This document shows positions 1 to 10,890 of a stretch of DNA of 64,000 nt, piece by piece. The stretch lies in NCBI GenBank assembly GCA_965113315.1, contig OZ220375.1. The stretch is one strand, 5' to 3'. The stretch comes from Podarcis vaucheri (Eukaryota). The position numbers and the translations under genes are program-made. Position 1 is the first letter of the stretch; the number at the start of each line of letters is the position of its first letter. The notes under the pieces are model-generated. The model had not been told where the DNA came from and searched no databases. It saw only the letters and a program-made list of their open reading frames with translations.

Positions 1-3000
1 CCCCAGACAGTTGATTTTGGGTGTCACAAAAGGGCATCACATTGTTAGTCATGTTAGATATTGTTATTGGGTTCTTTTTGCTAGTACTTTCACTGTCTGG
101 GAGTTTTTGTTCTTCTTCTTCTTTTTTTTTACTTCAGCTGCCAAAATACCCTGACCAATCTTGGGCACCTGACGGAGGGAGGTGACTGCGGAAAGTAGTG
201 CTGTTTGCTGTTACACCTCAGGCGGCAAAATATATTGAGCAAACCCTATTGTTCTGTCATACGTGCACAGGGAAATGTTCCCGGAAGCCAGCAGTACTTA
301 CTACAATATTTATCTGTTTTTGTTTTTTTTGTTTTAGGGATTTGTATCCTAAGATGTCTTCCCTGGTTACATAGGAGCAGGTTTAAGAGAACTTCAGTTC
401 TAAAGAACTTGGTTTGGGTGTAAGTGCATCTGACTTAACGAAATTTACATCCAAATAAGTGTGCGATTAACATTCTCCCTCCTCCTCCTCCTTAATCCTC
501 TCATAGCCACACGTGCACGCAAACTCTACCCATGCGCCGACTCAGGATAAACCACCATCTCTCTATCCGATTGTTTCCCTTGATGGATTGTAACTTTTTC
601 TCCCCCACGACCTTTGGTTTAGAAGCCTAATAACTCACCGGATTAATGGTCAATCAACGGAAGTAGCTTTAAATTGCCTCCAAAGTATAAAACATAAACA
701 ACAACAACAGCCAAAAGGGGGAAGGAAAGAGAGCCCCCCCCAATCCCAGTCTGTGTTGTGCTCCACCCTCTTGGGGGGCACTTCGTCTTGTGTAAGTGGT
801 CCCTGGGACTTGTTCTGCAGTTGGGGCGGCTGGAGAGGGGAGGCGTGGGCGCGCTTTACTTGTACGGGACAGTCCAGCACATATTTAAAAAGGAGGAAGA
901 TCAGAGAACCTGAGTAACTCTCCCCAAGCAGAAACGTGCATCTGGATTTCCATGGAAACTACATTTTCAAGGGGATTTGCTACCAGGGAACGTGTTTCGT
1001 ATCAAAAGCGAGGGCTTTCTCGTCTAAGCACAGGGACAACCTGACCGCAAGCTGATTCTGAATGCTATTTACTGCTAAGGCTGCAATCCTATGCGGTTAC
1101 CTGAAAGTAAAAGCCACTGGACACCGTAGGACCTACTTCACATGACGTGTTCGTGTGAGCGGGACCTTGAGATACTAGGCAGCTGACCTCTTGCATTGTC
1201 TTTCTTTCGAATTATGAAATAAAGGACTGAACCATACTTTCACGACGTGACCATTTTCAAATTTCTCTCCTTGTGTTTTCTTAAAATACTTAGACCTCGC
1301 ACCTTACTGTTCCCACCTGATTAACTTCAAGCTGGCAAACTTATTAGGTTCTTGCTACCGAGTTTTATTACTTGGATCTATGTGTTCCCCCCCAAAAAGG
1401 AGAAAAAACCGGGAAGGAGGAAAGAGGAGAATGGATGGCATTCAAGGAAGCTTTACTTAGAGTAGTCCCATTAAAAGTAATGGGCCTAACTTAGTCATAT
1501 CCCTTAATTTCCATGGACGTACTCTGAGTAAAACTTTGTTGAGTAGCAACCAATCTTTTTTGCAGCTTCCATACGCGACACCCTGCGGTCCCTCCTTCAG
1601 CAAGGGTGAAATTGACGAAGGAAATCACGATATCTCCGTTATTTCACTGAGCAGTTTAGCCTTTCTGGCTCACTTCTCCTCCTCTTCCTCCTCTCTCACC
1701 GCCCCCCCCCCCGCCAGGATTCAAATTTTCAGCGTTGTTATCTCTTCCTGGCCGGAGATAACCGTGGGAGCAGGCAGAAGCACTTCCTGGTTTACTAGAA
1801 AGCGGCTCTGAGCTGGCCTGGAGGAGGCCCAGTTCCACACCCACGCTCGACCTCTTAATAGCAGCGTCAATTGGGAGAAAATAGCGCTTCCATGGGAGCC
1901 CGTGTAGCGTTCTTGAAAACCTTACTTCCGCATGAGTTCTGCAGAACTTCATTCAGGGCAGATAAAACTTGATTAGCTCCTCAGCAACGCTGCAATTTTA
2001 GTCGTGCTTACTAGGAAAGGCCAATTGAATTCAGTAGGACTTACTTCCACGTAAACATATTTAAGGCCTTGGCTATTTTTCCTAGCTGAGAAATTAAAGT
2101 GGATTGTGAGGTGGATGGGGACTAAAGTGAAGACTCCACCCCTCTTCACTGATTTACCGCGATATCCTAGGCATGTTTACTCCGGAGCAAATTCCCACTG
2201 ATTTCAATAGTCCAAGGGAAGATTTGGACTAATAGAAGATAGTCTAAGGGAAGATTTGGACTAGGGGAAGATTGCAGCTTCAAGCAAGTGATAAATGTAA
2301 TGAAGACAGTTTGCTTGCTGGTGGAGCGGTGGCGTCGTCAATAAGTTTCAGATAATCTCTCTTTTGGCATGAAAATGCACTATTCAGAGTCATGCATGCA
2401 AAAAGGGGGAGGAAAAGGGTGAGAAAACAAACTCCTATCCATGTGCATCACTTCTATCCTTCAGCCTTTTGGGCTTCTTTGGAGGTCAGTGGCCTGGAGA
2501 GCAGACCCTGATCTCAGCAGTAGAAGGCAGATTTCACCCCGTTAAAGAAAAGCGGGGGAGCCAAGCTATAATTCTCTCAGTTCACAACTTTTAAATTTAG
2601 AATCCACTTACTTCTGTCTGGGAAGGAAGATGACGATTGGATACCACAGAGCGAAATTGCGCCTACAAGAAAGGAGAAAGGAAAATATTTTCAGGCAAGG
2701 CGAAGGCTTCCCTTCTGAGGTTGCAGCTAGCTATTCTTATATTGGAAACTTGCCAAATGGCAAAAAAGGCAGGCAAATACCCGAGTTCTAGTCAAACTTT
2801 ATGGAGCTGGAGTGCCCCCCTCCCCTTTCCTTCACTTCGAGTTCCGTCATAACATCATAAAGTTCGAGAAGGGGGTGGGAGTTAAAATATATAACCACAA
2901 CAAGCGGAGTCATCTACCATCACTAACTTTGGGCGGGGGAGCGGGAGGAGCGAAGAGAGGGACACAATCCTCCTCGGCATTTTGGTTCTGCTTCATACAC

Positions 3001-3255
3001 AAGGAGGTACAGAGTGGCTTACTGTATGGTAGCAGATATTGCTAAGAATCTGCTGTCAGAGACTGCGCAATTTGGGTGTTCTGTGAAGCGCTCAGCACAC
3101 TATTGGAGCTTGTAATTGCCAGCAGCCGCGGTACTGGAAGGTGCCATGAATGGTAATAAACAGGTTTACATAATTAATAGGCAGGAAAAGACTGAAAGGG
3201 TAGGATGGTATGAGAGAGACAGACAGAGAGAACAGATAAGCACTCCTCTCCTATA

Positions 3256-3481
3256 CAGTGGTACCTCGGGTTACATACGCTTCAGGTTACAGACTCCGCT
3301 AACCCAGAAATAGTGCTTCAGGTTAAGAACTTTGCTTCAGGATGAGAACAGAAATCGTGCTTCAGCGGCGCGGCGGCAGCAGGAGGCCCCATTAGCTAAA
3401 GTGGTGCTTCAGGTTAAGAACAGTTTCAGGTTAAGAACGGACCTCCAGAACGAATTAAGTACTTAACCCGAGGTACCACTG
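3256..3481. mobile_element. Tc1/mariner (Tigger/pogo-like) MITE, intact
   Basis: Perfect 18-bp TIRs CAGTGGTACCTCGGGTTA (3256-3273 / 3464-3481). TA target-site duplication at 3254-55 and 3482-83. Internal TTCAGGTTAAGAAC repeats. Confidence 0.9.
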
Positions 3482-4388
3482 TACAGGGATAACCTATTGG
3501 TCTCTAGCCATTTACTCTAAAAGCAGCTCTTTGCATTTTAAGACACCATCTCAAACCAGTTTGAAGGTGACTATCTGCTCTTTTTATCCCAAAGTAGTTT
3601 CTTCCCGCTTGCACCCCCGTCTCTATTTGGGGATGCTAGCCATCTCCATGGGGCTAAGTTGCAGTACAATTAGTGGGACTTGATTCCACGTAGAGGCGTG
3701 TAGGATTGGGAATGCCATTCTGTTGCGTTTTCTTCATCCACCCTTAGATATATTAGGTTTCACATATTAACCAGCCGTTTCCTTGTCCCGTTTCCTGCTT
3801 TACTGAAACCCTCCAAGGCTCTTTGATCTATGGCATTCATCAGCATACCTAAAGGCTAATTGGGACTTAGGCATCCATAACAGACGGGCATAGAGCTGAA
3901 GCCTAGAGTTAATTTTTAATTGCAAGATGAAGAATTGTGAAAGCGGCCAATGTTTAACAGGCCCTCAAAAGCAGTATTGTGGGGCATGACTTAGAGCTTT
4001 GGTTTTAAGTCATTGCTTGGGATGGGGATGTGCTTGCAGATCTACTTGTAAACGCAAGGACTTGACACATTCAAAAATGCGTTTTGGAAATTCGCAATCA
4101 TTATATTATAAACTATGGGCCAAATAGCCTTCTCTCTCTCATTCGCTCTCCAATTCCCAAACAGCTAGGTAGCATGATGAATAGCTGATAGGGAACCAGC
4201 ATCCTTGCTCTTTCTGAAGACAGACGTTTCCGATCTGGTGGCTTATCGGAGGCAAGTGGTTTGGTATTTGGTGCTGCATTCATTAAAATCTGACCACAGT
4301 CTAGATAGATCCTCAATGCTGTAATGGAACCTTGCTGAAGTCCAAGAGGCTCCTTGTGGTTCTTTGGCACGTCGCTACCTAAACTGTC

Positions 4389-4704
4389 CTAATTAAGATA
4401 ATTAAAATAACAACAGCAACCCAACATGATTCCCATAGAAGTTGCCCAGAAAATGCCAACTGAGTTTGTTTTCGAACTGGTGGAAAACAACATCTGAATT
4501 AAAGAAGCAGCCACTCCATTAATATCAATTTCCTTCAATGAAAACTTTGGTTCTTCATCAAGTTGATGATTTATGATAAAATCGATTAAATTAGGGTCAC
4601 TTAAGGGCCTTGTGGTTTCCTCTTGGATTTCATCTGTCAACGCATCAAGCAGTTTTTTTTTAATCAAGTTTAGCTGGAGGCTAGTAAGGAAGATGATTCT
4701 GGAG
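4389..4704 (-). CDS. Candidate hidden ORF, exon D (316 nt to TAG)
   Basis: Acceptor aaatttcctcag| (alternative ttccttactag| at 4680, same phase). Encodes SRIIFLTSLQLNLIKKKLLDALTDEIQEETTRPLSDPNLIDFIINHQLDEEPKF..., matching ORF-track 4389..4667. Confidence 0.33.
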
Positions 4705-5414
4705 CTGAGGAAATTTAATGCAAAGCAATTTTCAGGGAAGGGAGGCGCTCAGAGAGCAGAGTTCTTGCTCTCTTCCAATATGGCATTACTTTGCCGGAGG
4801 AAATATTAGACATTGGGGTGGTGTTTTGTTTGTTTTTAATAAAAAAAGTGTACGTTTATAGCTAGGGTATGGTCCCAGGAACTGAGTTATTAACATCGCC
4901 ATCCTGAACTCAGAACATATTTGTACTGTCAGCAATAGTGGCTTTATCTATTTCACCCTCCTCCCTTTTATTTTTATTTTTTATTTTTGGTGTGTAAGTT
5001 TGACTGTAACCTCTGCTTCCCGAAGACTCAGCAGAATGAAAAAGCCCTGGCTTCCTAACATAAGAAGAATTCTTATGTCAGATGCAATTGTAAGGAACAA
5101 GGAAAGAAGAAAGGAAGGACCAATTTGATGGAAGAGTCCCTTCCCTCCTTTGGTCTAAGAGCATTAAAAACATTTAAAAAAACAAAAACAAAAAGAAGTA
5201 CAGCCATTCAAGTGTAAGAGAAATTTGCCCTTTATTTCTATAGAATGCGGACTGCATTCTTTACCATGAAACTCTGGAAAGAATAAAATAGTCCAAATAG
5301 TCCATGTTTACCTGGAAGAAACTTCCTTGAGTTCGGTTGGACTCGCTCCTCTGTGCAATAGGATTGCAATCAGTTGGCCCGATTCTATGCATTGTTCCTC
5401 TGAGATAAACCCCA

Positions 5415-5504
5415 CAGTGCAATCTTATACATGTCTACTCAGAAGCAAGTCCCACTGAGTTCAATGGAGGTTACTCCCTGTTTAGTGAGTATAGGACTGC
5501 AGCC
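5415..5504. mobile_element. ~90-bp palindromic MITE family 1 (Harbinger-like), representative copy
   Basis: CAGTGCAATC.TAT...CCCACTGAGTTCAATGG...ATAGGACTGCAGCC. Nested inside an older copy. Confidence 0.7.
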
Positions 5505-6410
5505 TCGTTGTGTTCGGTGGGGTTTGAGTCCAGGTTAAGGGTGCACCCCCAGATTTTGCAAAGGCCAAACAATGCGTGCATTGCTAAATACGATGGCGAG
5601 GAGAAACAAGCTGGTAAGATGTCTCAGTCTCTGAAAGACTAAGGCGGTCCCCTACAAGGTAAAACCGCAAGCTTTGTTTTACATTGCTGGTTCTGTGGAG
5701 ACTTAACACTGCTTGCTTCACACTCCGGTAAGATATTTGTTAACTACAACTCACAAACATAAAAGAAACGGGGGGGGGGGGGAGAGGAGAGAGGGAGAAA
5801 AGGGAAGGGATACAGATTTGGTCTTCTAGGAAAAGGCTGGTCGTGACAGGAGCCACCTCAAATAAACACAACTTTCTCAACACCATAAATCACATCTCTC
5901 TGTTTAACACCAGGCTTCCCCTCCCATAAAGAAGCGTTTGTAGTTTTCCCTTTCAAACAACCCAGAGGCGTTAAACATTTAACAAATGTGGCCTGGGAGG
6001 GGCGGCAAGCGCGGAGGGGGGACCTATTTGGTTCAAACATCAGGTTTGGAAGAAGCAACCTGCGTCCCCTTTATTTTATTTGCATTGGACTCCCAGTATC
6101 CAACCATTATCAGGAGATCATTAATATCATTTGTTTACTATATCCCAGCCTTTTCTGGTCAAGCTACAGGACTAGTTTCTGAGAGTGGTGGTGATGTTTT
6201 GGGGAGGGGAGGCTGTGCTTCAAGCTAGAACTCCAGCGGACCAATGGACGCCTTCCCAAGCTTTGTCAGAGCTATTAATTAAATCTCAACGGCCCCTGGA
6301 ATTTCCTATGCTAGGATCAGAAGAAGTTGTATAGTGGTTTGGGATTTGTTTTGATCTGTCTTGTAATTTCTTTTATTATTATTATTATTATTTTTATTAA
6401 TCCCTCTTAC

Positions 6411-7030
6411 CTGCAGCGATTCTCAACCAAACGACTTCAGCAGGAAGATCGAAGGCGGCTCACGAGGTTCAGAGGAACTCGAAGGAAGCCAGTTTGGGAG
6501 AAGGAGACAGAGAGACAGAGAAGAACTACTTGACTGTAGCTCTGTAGATTTTGCTGCTAAGGTTTGTCTTGAGGCTTTTTGGGGGGTCGGTTTTTCCACC
6601 GCAAGGAAGCTTTGATTTTTTTGATTATTTTTTTGAGGAACGGGGGCGGGGGGGCTCTCTCTTGGATTCCAACTTGACAGAAGGAAAAATACAATGGTTT
6701 CCGAGACACGAAGAGAGAGCAAAAATAATAAAAAATGAAATAAAGATATTCTGCAGCAAGACGAAGACACGGAATACTTTTTCACGGGACAACAATGCTT
6801 TCTCCCTCTGCCACCCCCCTCCACCTCCGAAAAGGAGGAGGAAAGCCTCTCTCGTTTCTAAGCGAGGCTGTTTCTCTTTATAAAGACTTAAAAATGTTGC
6901 AAGAGGGGGGATCCTACTGACTGACAAGAGGTGCCAGATAGAGAGGGACCAAATGGATTCTGGTTTTAAAAGACCAACAGGAATTGGCTGGTTCTCAACG
7001 TCAGGATACGAAATTGATTCCATATGTCCT
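6411..7030 (-). promoter_or_regulatory. Putative alternative HOXB3 promoter and non-coding first exon
   Basis: CCAAT (6987-6983), TTTTAAAA, and TGTCAGTCAGT initiator-like motifs. Strong donor CTGCAG|GTAAGA at 6410 with no clear upstream acceptor. Confidence 0.4.
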
Positions 7031-10000
7031 CCCCCCCCTTCTCTTCCTCAGCAGTCTCTCACGCGAGGAATAAAAAAGGATCGAAAAAGAGCAAAGGCTA
7101 ACTGAGATATCTCTCTTTGTTAAAATAAAATAAAAATAAAATAAAAAACCAAGAGGGTTCAAATAAAATGTTGTTACTGTTGGCTGTTTTAAATAGCAAA
7201 TCGCTACGGGTTTATGCTTAAACACGGAAAGGTAAGGAGCTGAGAAAAGGTCATTGCGAATGGGAACGGCCTTGCATGACATTTTAACGTGGTCTTTAGC
7301 AAAATCTCCGTCTATCCACCCATGCATCTTTCCCCCTGTCCTTAGATCTTTGCCAAACGTGGCGTGCCTTCCTCGAGCTTTAATCCCATCCATTAAGCCA
7401 TTATATTTTTCGTATCCCCCCCCCGTTACTTTTCTACCAGTAACCCAACTCAACCCTTGCTGGTGTCTTCACTTTTCACCCTTTCCATCATCCCTTGTTT
7501 TATCGTCTATATCCTAGATGTCTTCCCGTCCCGCTATTATGTGTGAACCTCCCTCCCTTTCTACCTGGCACCACGATCTGGCAAAGATTGGCCTGGAATT
7601 GCTGGCTTTTGCGCTGAAAGTCGTTTGAGATCGGTAGCCTTTGGGTGGTAGCAGAGCCAGGAACAAAGGAATAAATTCACGTGGAATCTGGAGGCGGCCT
7701 CCCCCTCCTCATCCCACGCTATCTACAGTTGCCTGCAGCTGGCGCTGGGTTCTGTCTGGAAACCAAGCGCTCAGGGACACTGGCCTTTTAACAAAGAACG
7801 AGCCCTTTTTGGTAAAGCTAGGTCGCTTTAGCCTTCGGTTTTTCCTGTGCTAGTGATTCCCTCATCGCGTCCATTTTTGGAACCCATCCGGTGTGTACAT
7901 GGTCCCTTTTTCATTCATGCCTCGCTGATCTGCCCTTTCAACATGTCTCCCGGAGTTTTCTGACCCCCTGGGAATAGCTAATAGCCGAAGTTTTTTTTTG
8001 TTTTTGTTTTTAAATTTAAAAAGAAATGCATCCCCACAATATGACATGAAATAACACTCTCCTTTTATAAAGGGCCAGTTCTACGCCTCAGAACGCCTGC
8101 GCGGGTAGGCGCTGGGGTTGGGCGCGCACATGTCTATCCAGTTTATGGTCCTGGAAATGTTTATTCGGAAGGGAGTCCCATGTTGTTCAAAGGGCTTGGC
8201 TTCGTCCTACGGCATGGGTTAGTACTGCAGCGCTTTAGCAAGCGTTTAAATTTGATAATTCCCAGCCAGACACCAACATTTTCTTACTATTTGCCTTTCT
8301 TCAACAAGGAAGCAGAGGGAGGTGAACGAAACACTGATTCCAAGCGCTCGTGGTCCCTCTGAAAAAGTCTAGCAGTGGACGTATTTCCTCTCTTCCCTTC
8401 TCCACCCCGCCTCGTTTTGTTTTCAGTAATCCTTGCTGAAAGTAGACACGTTGCAGAAGCTGTATTTTTTTTAACGTCTGTGACCTTTTTATTTCCAGAG
8501 TTCTCGAAAATAAGATGAACGCCTGCATTATTTTAACCAACTGTCCTTTTTTTCTTTTAAATAGCAAATTCGTCGAGGAGACCCACATAACATTACCCGA
8601 AAGTAAATTCCATTGATTTCAGTTTCCAGCAATCCATTCCCCCAATGATTTCAGCGTGCACCCCGATTCTAATGTCTAGTGGAGGAAAATACAGGGGGAA
8701 GTTCTCTTGCCAAATCTCATTGAAATGAATGGGAACCTTCATATCAGGGAGAGGTGCTCAGGAGACCTTCCCGGTGGATTGTACACAGCATATTTTAGCA
8801 TTGCAGCCACTGCTCGAACTTGCTACCCCATTCACTGTTTTCTAACACCGCAGCACCCCTAAATGCATATGCTTAATCTAATCCAAAGTAGACAAAATTT
8901 GTTCTGCTTATAACATGATAAATGTAATGACTCAATTATATTTATATTTATCACGAGAGCATTATATGAGGCAAAGTAATCTGCCCTCCCTATCCAGTAC
9001 CTGACGTTACTTGAAAATGTCTCACTGAAACGATTAGAATTCATTTATTTCCATTTCAGTGGAATTTGCGCAGGAGAACTTCCTGTTGGCTCACGCCCAA
9101 TGAATTTATGAATGGTACATAGCTGTATACTGTTATATTCTGCATTACATCGAAGTCATTATATTCATTGCGCGGCAGTCTGCTCCACTTAAATGAATGG
9201 GGTTCGCTTACATGGAGGGCTGTGTATATTCCAGATGTCAGATCTACTAGTTGGCCTAACTTTAGTCATGAAATTTATGTAGCCCTACTTGGATGTAAGG
9301 TCCTTTATGGATAGTAAATCAACACACACTCCACTCCGTGGCGCTGAAAGTAAAGTCGCCACTGCGCTCCAAGTTAATCAATCTAGTGGCCCAATCCTAA
9401 ACAGATTTACTTAGAAGTAAGTCCAGTGTTCCATCCAAAATATACCCATATAATTAACTAGCGGGGTATAAATGCATTTAAAATCGGTCTGCCCGGGTTG
9501 TTTCATTTAGTTTGGATTTGCTTGCTTAGCCGTCAGGGATATTGATTTGCAGAACGGGAACTTTATCGGTATGCTTTCGCGAGCTAGCGTGACTCTTTTC
9601 TAGCTCGCGTTAGCAACATCCCCTCGTGGATACAAATAGCGTGAGAGTTTCCGGGGAGCTTTCAGCGTCATGCGTGAACTCCACCCTCCTCTCCTTTGTT
9701 CCCGCTCGCGCCTTTGGCATTGGAGAACCTGGTCTCTCCGCTATGCTGTAGGGCTTCCTCGTTCTGTTATGTGTGAGTCGGTCTGCTAGGGAGGTAAGAA
9801 TGGGGTTGTTACACAATGAGCCTCAGGGTTGGCAAATGTGGCCTTAAGGGACCCACCGTTCCAATATCCCTTTGACTTGACTTGATTAAAACCTCCAAGA
9901 ATTAAATTTACGAGAACAGAGCCTTTCGCCTTAAAATTTTATAACCCTTTGTAAAAATGATCACTCGGGATAAACCGATTAGTGGTGCACGGAGACAGAA

Positions 10001-10097
10001 TCTTTGGCAGTTCACAGCAAAGGAACCTTTTGCGTACAGTTTATTGGAGTGCACATTGCATTGGCAATGTATCGGTAATACAACATTCCCTCCACTA

Positions 10098-10178
10098 GCA
10101 GTATAATCCTAGGCATGTCTACTCGGGAGTAAGTCCAATGGGACTTATTCCCGGGTAAGGGTCTACAGGGTTGAAGCC
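10098..10178. mobile_element. MITE family 1 copy
   Basis: AATCCTAGGCATGTCTACTCGGGAGTAAGTCC...GGACTTATTCCCGGGTAAG...GCC|TTA. Confidence 0.65.
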
Positions 10179-10317
10179 TTATGCTATTCCAGAGGGGCAG
10201 ACATGTTAGTTGGAACAAAGAGTACCATAGTTATTCTAAGATAGCATATGTATTAGAGCATTTTCGTGGACTGTACTCCACGGAAACTTTTGATATACGG
10301 TAACCAATGTGCTAGCT

Positions 10318-10450
10318 CAGGAGTAGGGAACGTCCAGATGTTGCTGGACTACAGCTCCCATCATCTCTGACTATTGGCCATGCTGTCTGGGGCTGATGGG
10401 AGTTGGAGTCCCAACAACATCTGGAGGGCCACGGGTTCCTCAGCTCTCTG
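10318..10450. mobile_element. hAT-like palindromic MITE of squamates
   Basis: Long inverted arms tccagatgttg...ctcccatca / tgatgggag...caacatctgga with CAG...CTG termini. Confidence 0.7.
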
Positions 10451-10682
10451 TTTAGCCTTTACGGTGCCACAGGATTTTTTGAATGTTGTTTCCCCCCTTA
10501 GGCAGTGAACGCTGGAATTTCTCTCATTGTTCCCCCCAGGTTGTCTGCCAGTTAGACTAGGTGTCATCGGGTTACTGATAGCAACCCGATTCTTCTAGAG
10601 TTCACTAAACCAGGATGAAGTTACCCACAGGAGTCAATGGCTTAAAAAATAAAGCGGAAGTGGAGTAGCCCTAACTAGCGAA

Positions 10683-10715
<33 letters not shown>

Positions 10716-10744
10716 GGCTCTTCCTGAGAGCTCCTCCCTGTGGC

Positions 10745-10890
10745 CTCCAAGGTTCTCCCCTCTCATCTACACAACAACCCTATGAGGTAGGGAAGCTGAG
10801 AGGGAGACCGTTCAGTAGGCTTAAGTGGAGATTTGAACCTGGATCTGCGCTATTCTCATTCCGCTACTCTAACCACTACACCACACCAGC
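10745..10890 (-). mobile_element. Degenerate tRNA-derived SINE (squamate/MIR-like)
   Basis: Minus strand starts ggtgtggtgtagtggttagagt (box A) ... ggttcaaatctcc (box B) ... cctcatagggttgttgtg core. It ends near a (TCTG)n tract. Confidence 0.7.

Noticed and set aside
3035-3080. Possible Kreisler/MafB r5 enhancer site of HOXB3
   Set aside because: Only a loose resemblance to a remembered sequence, and no clear partner Maf site found.
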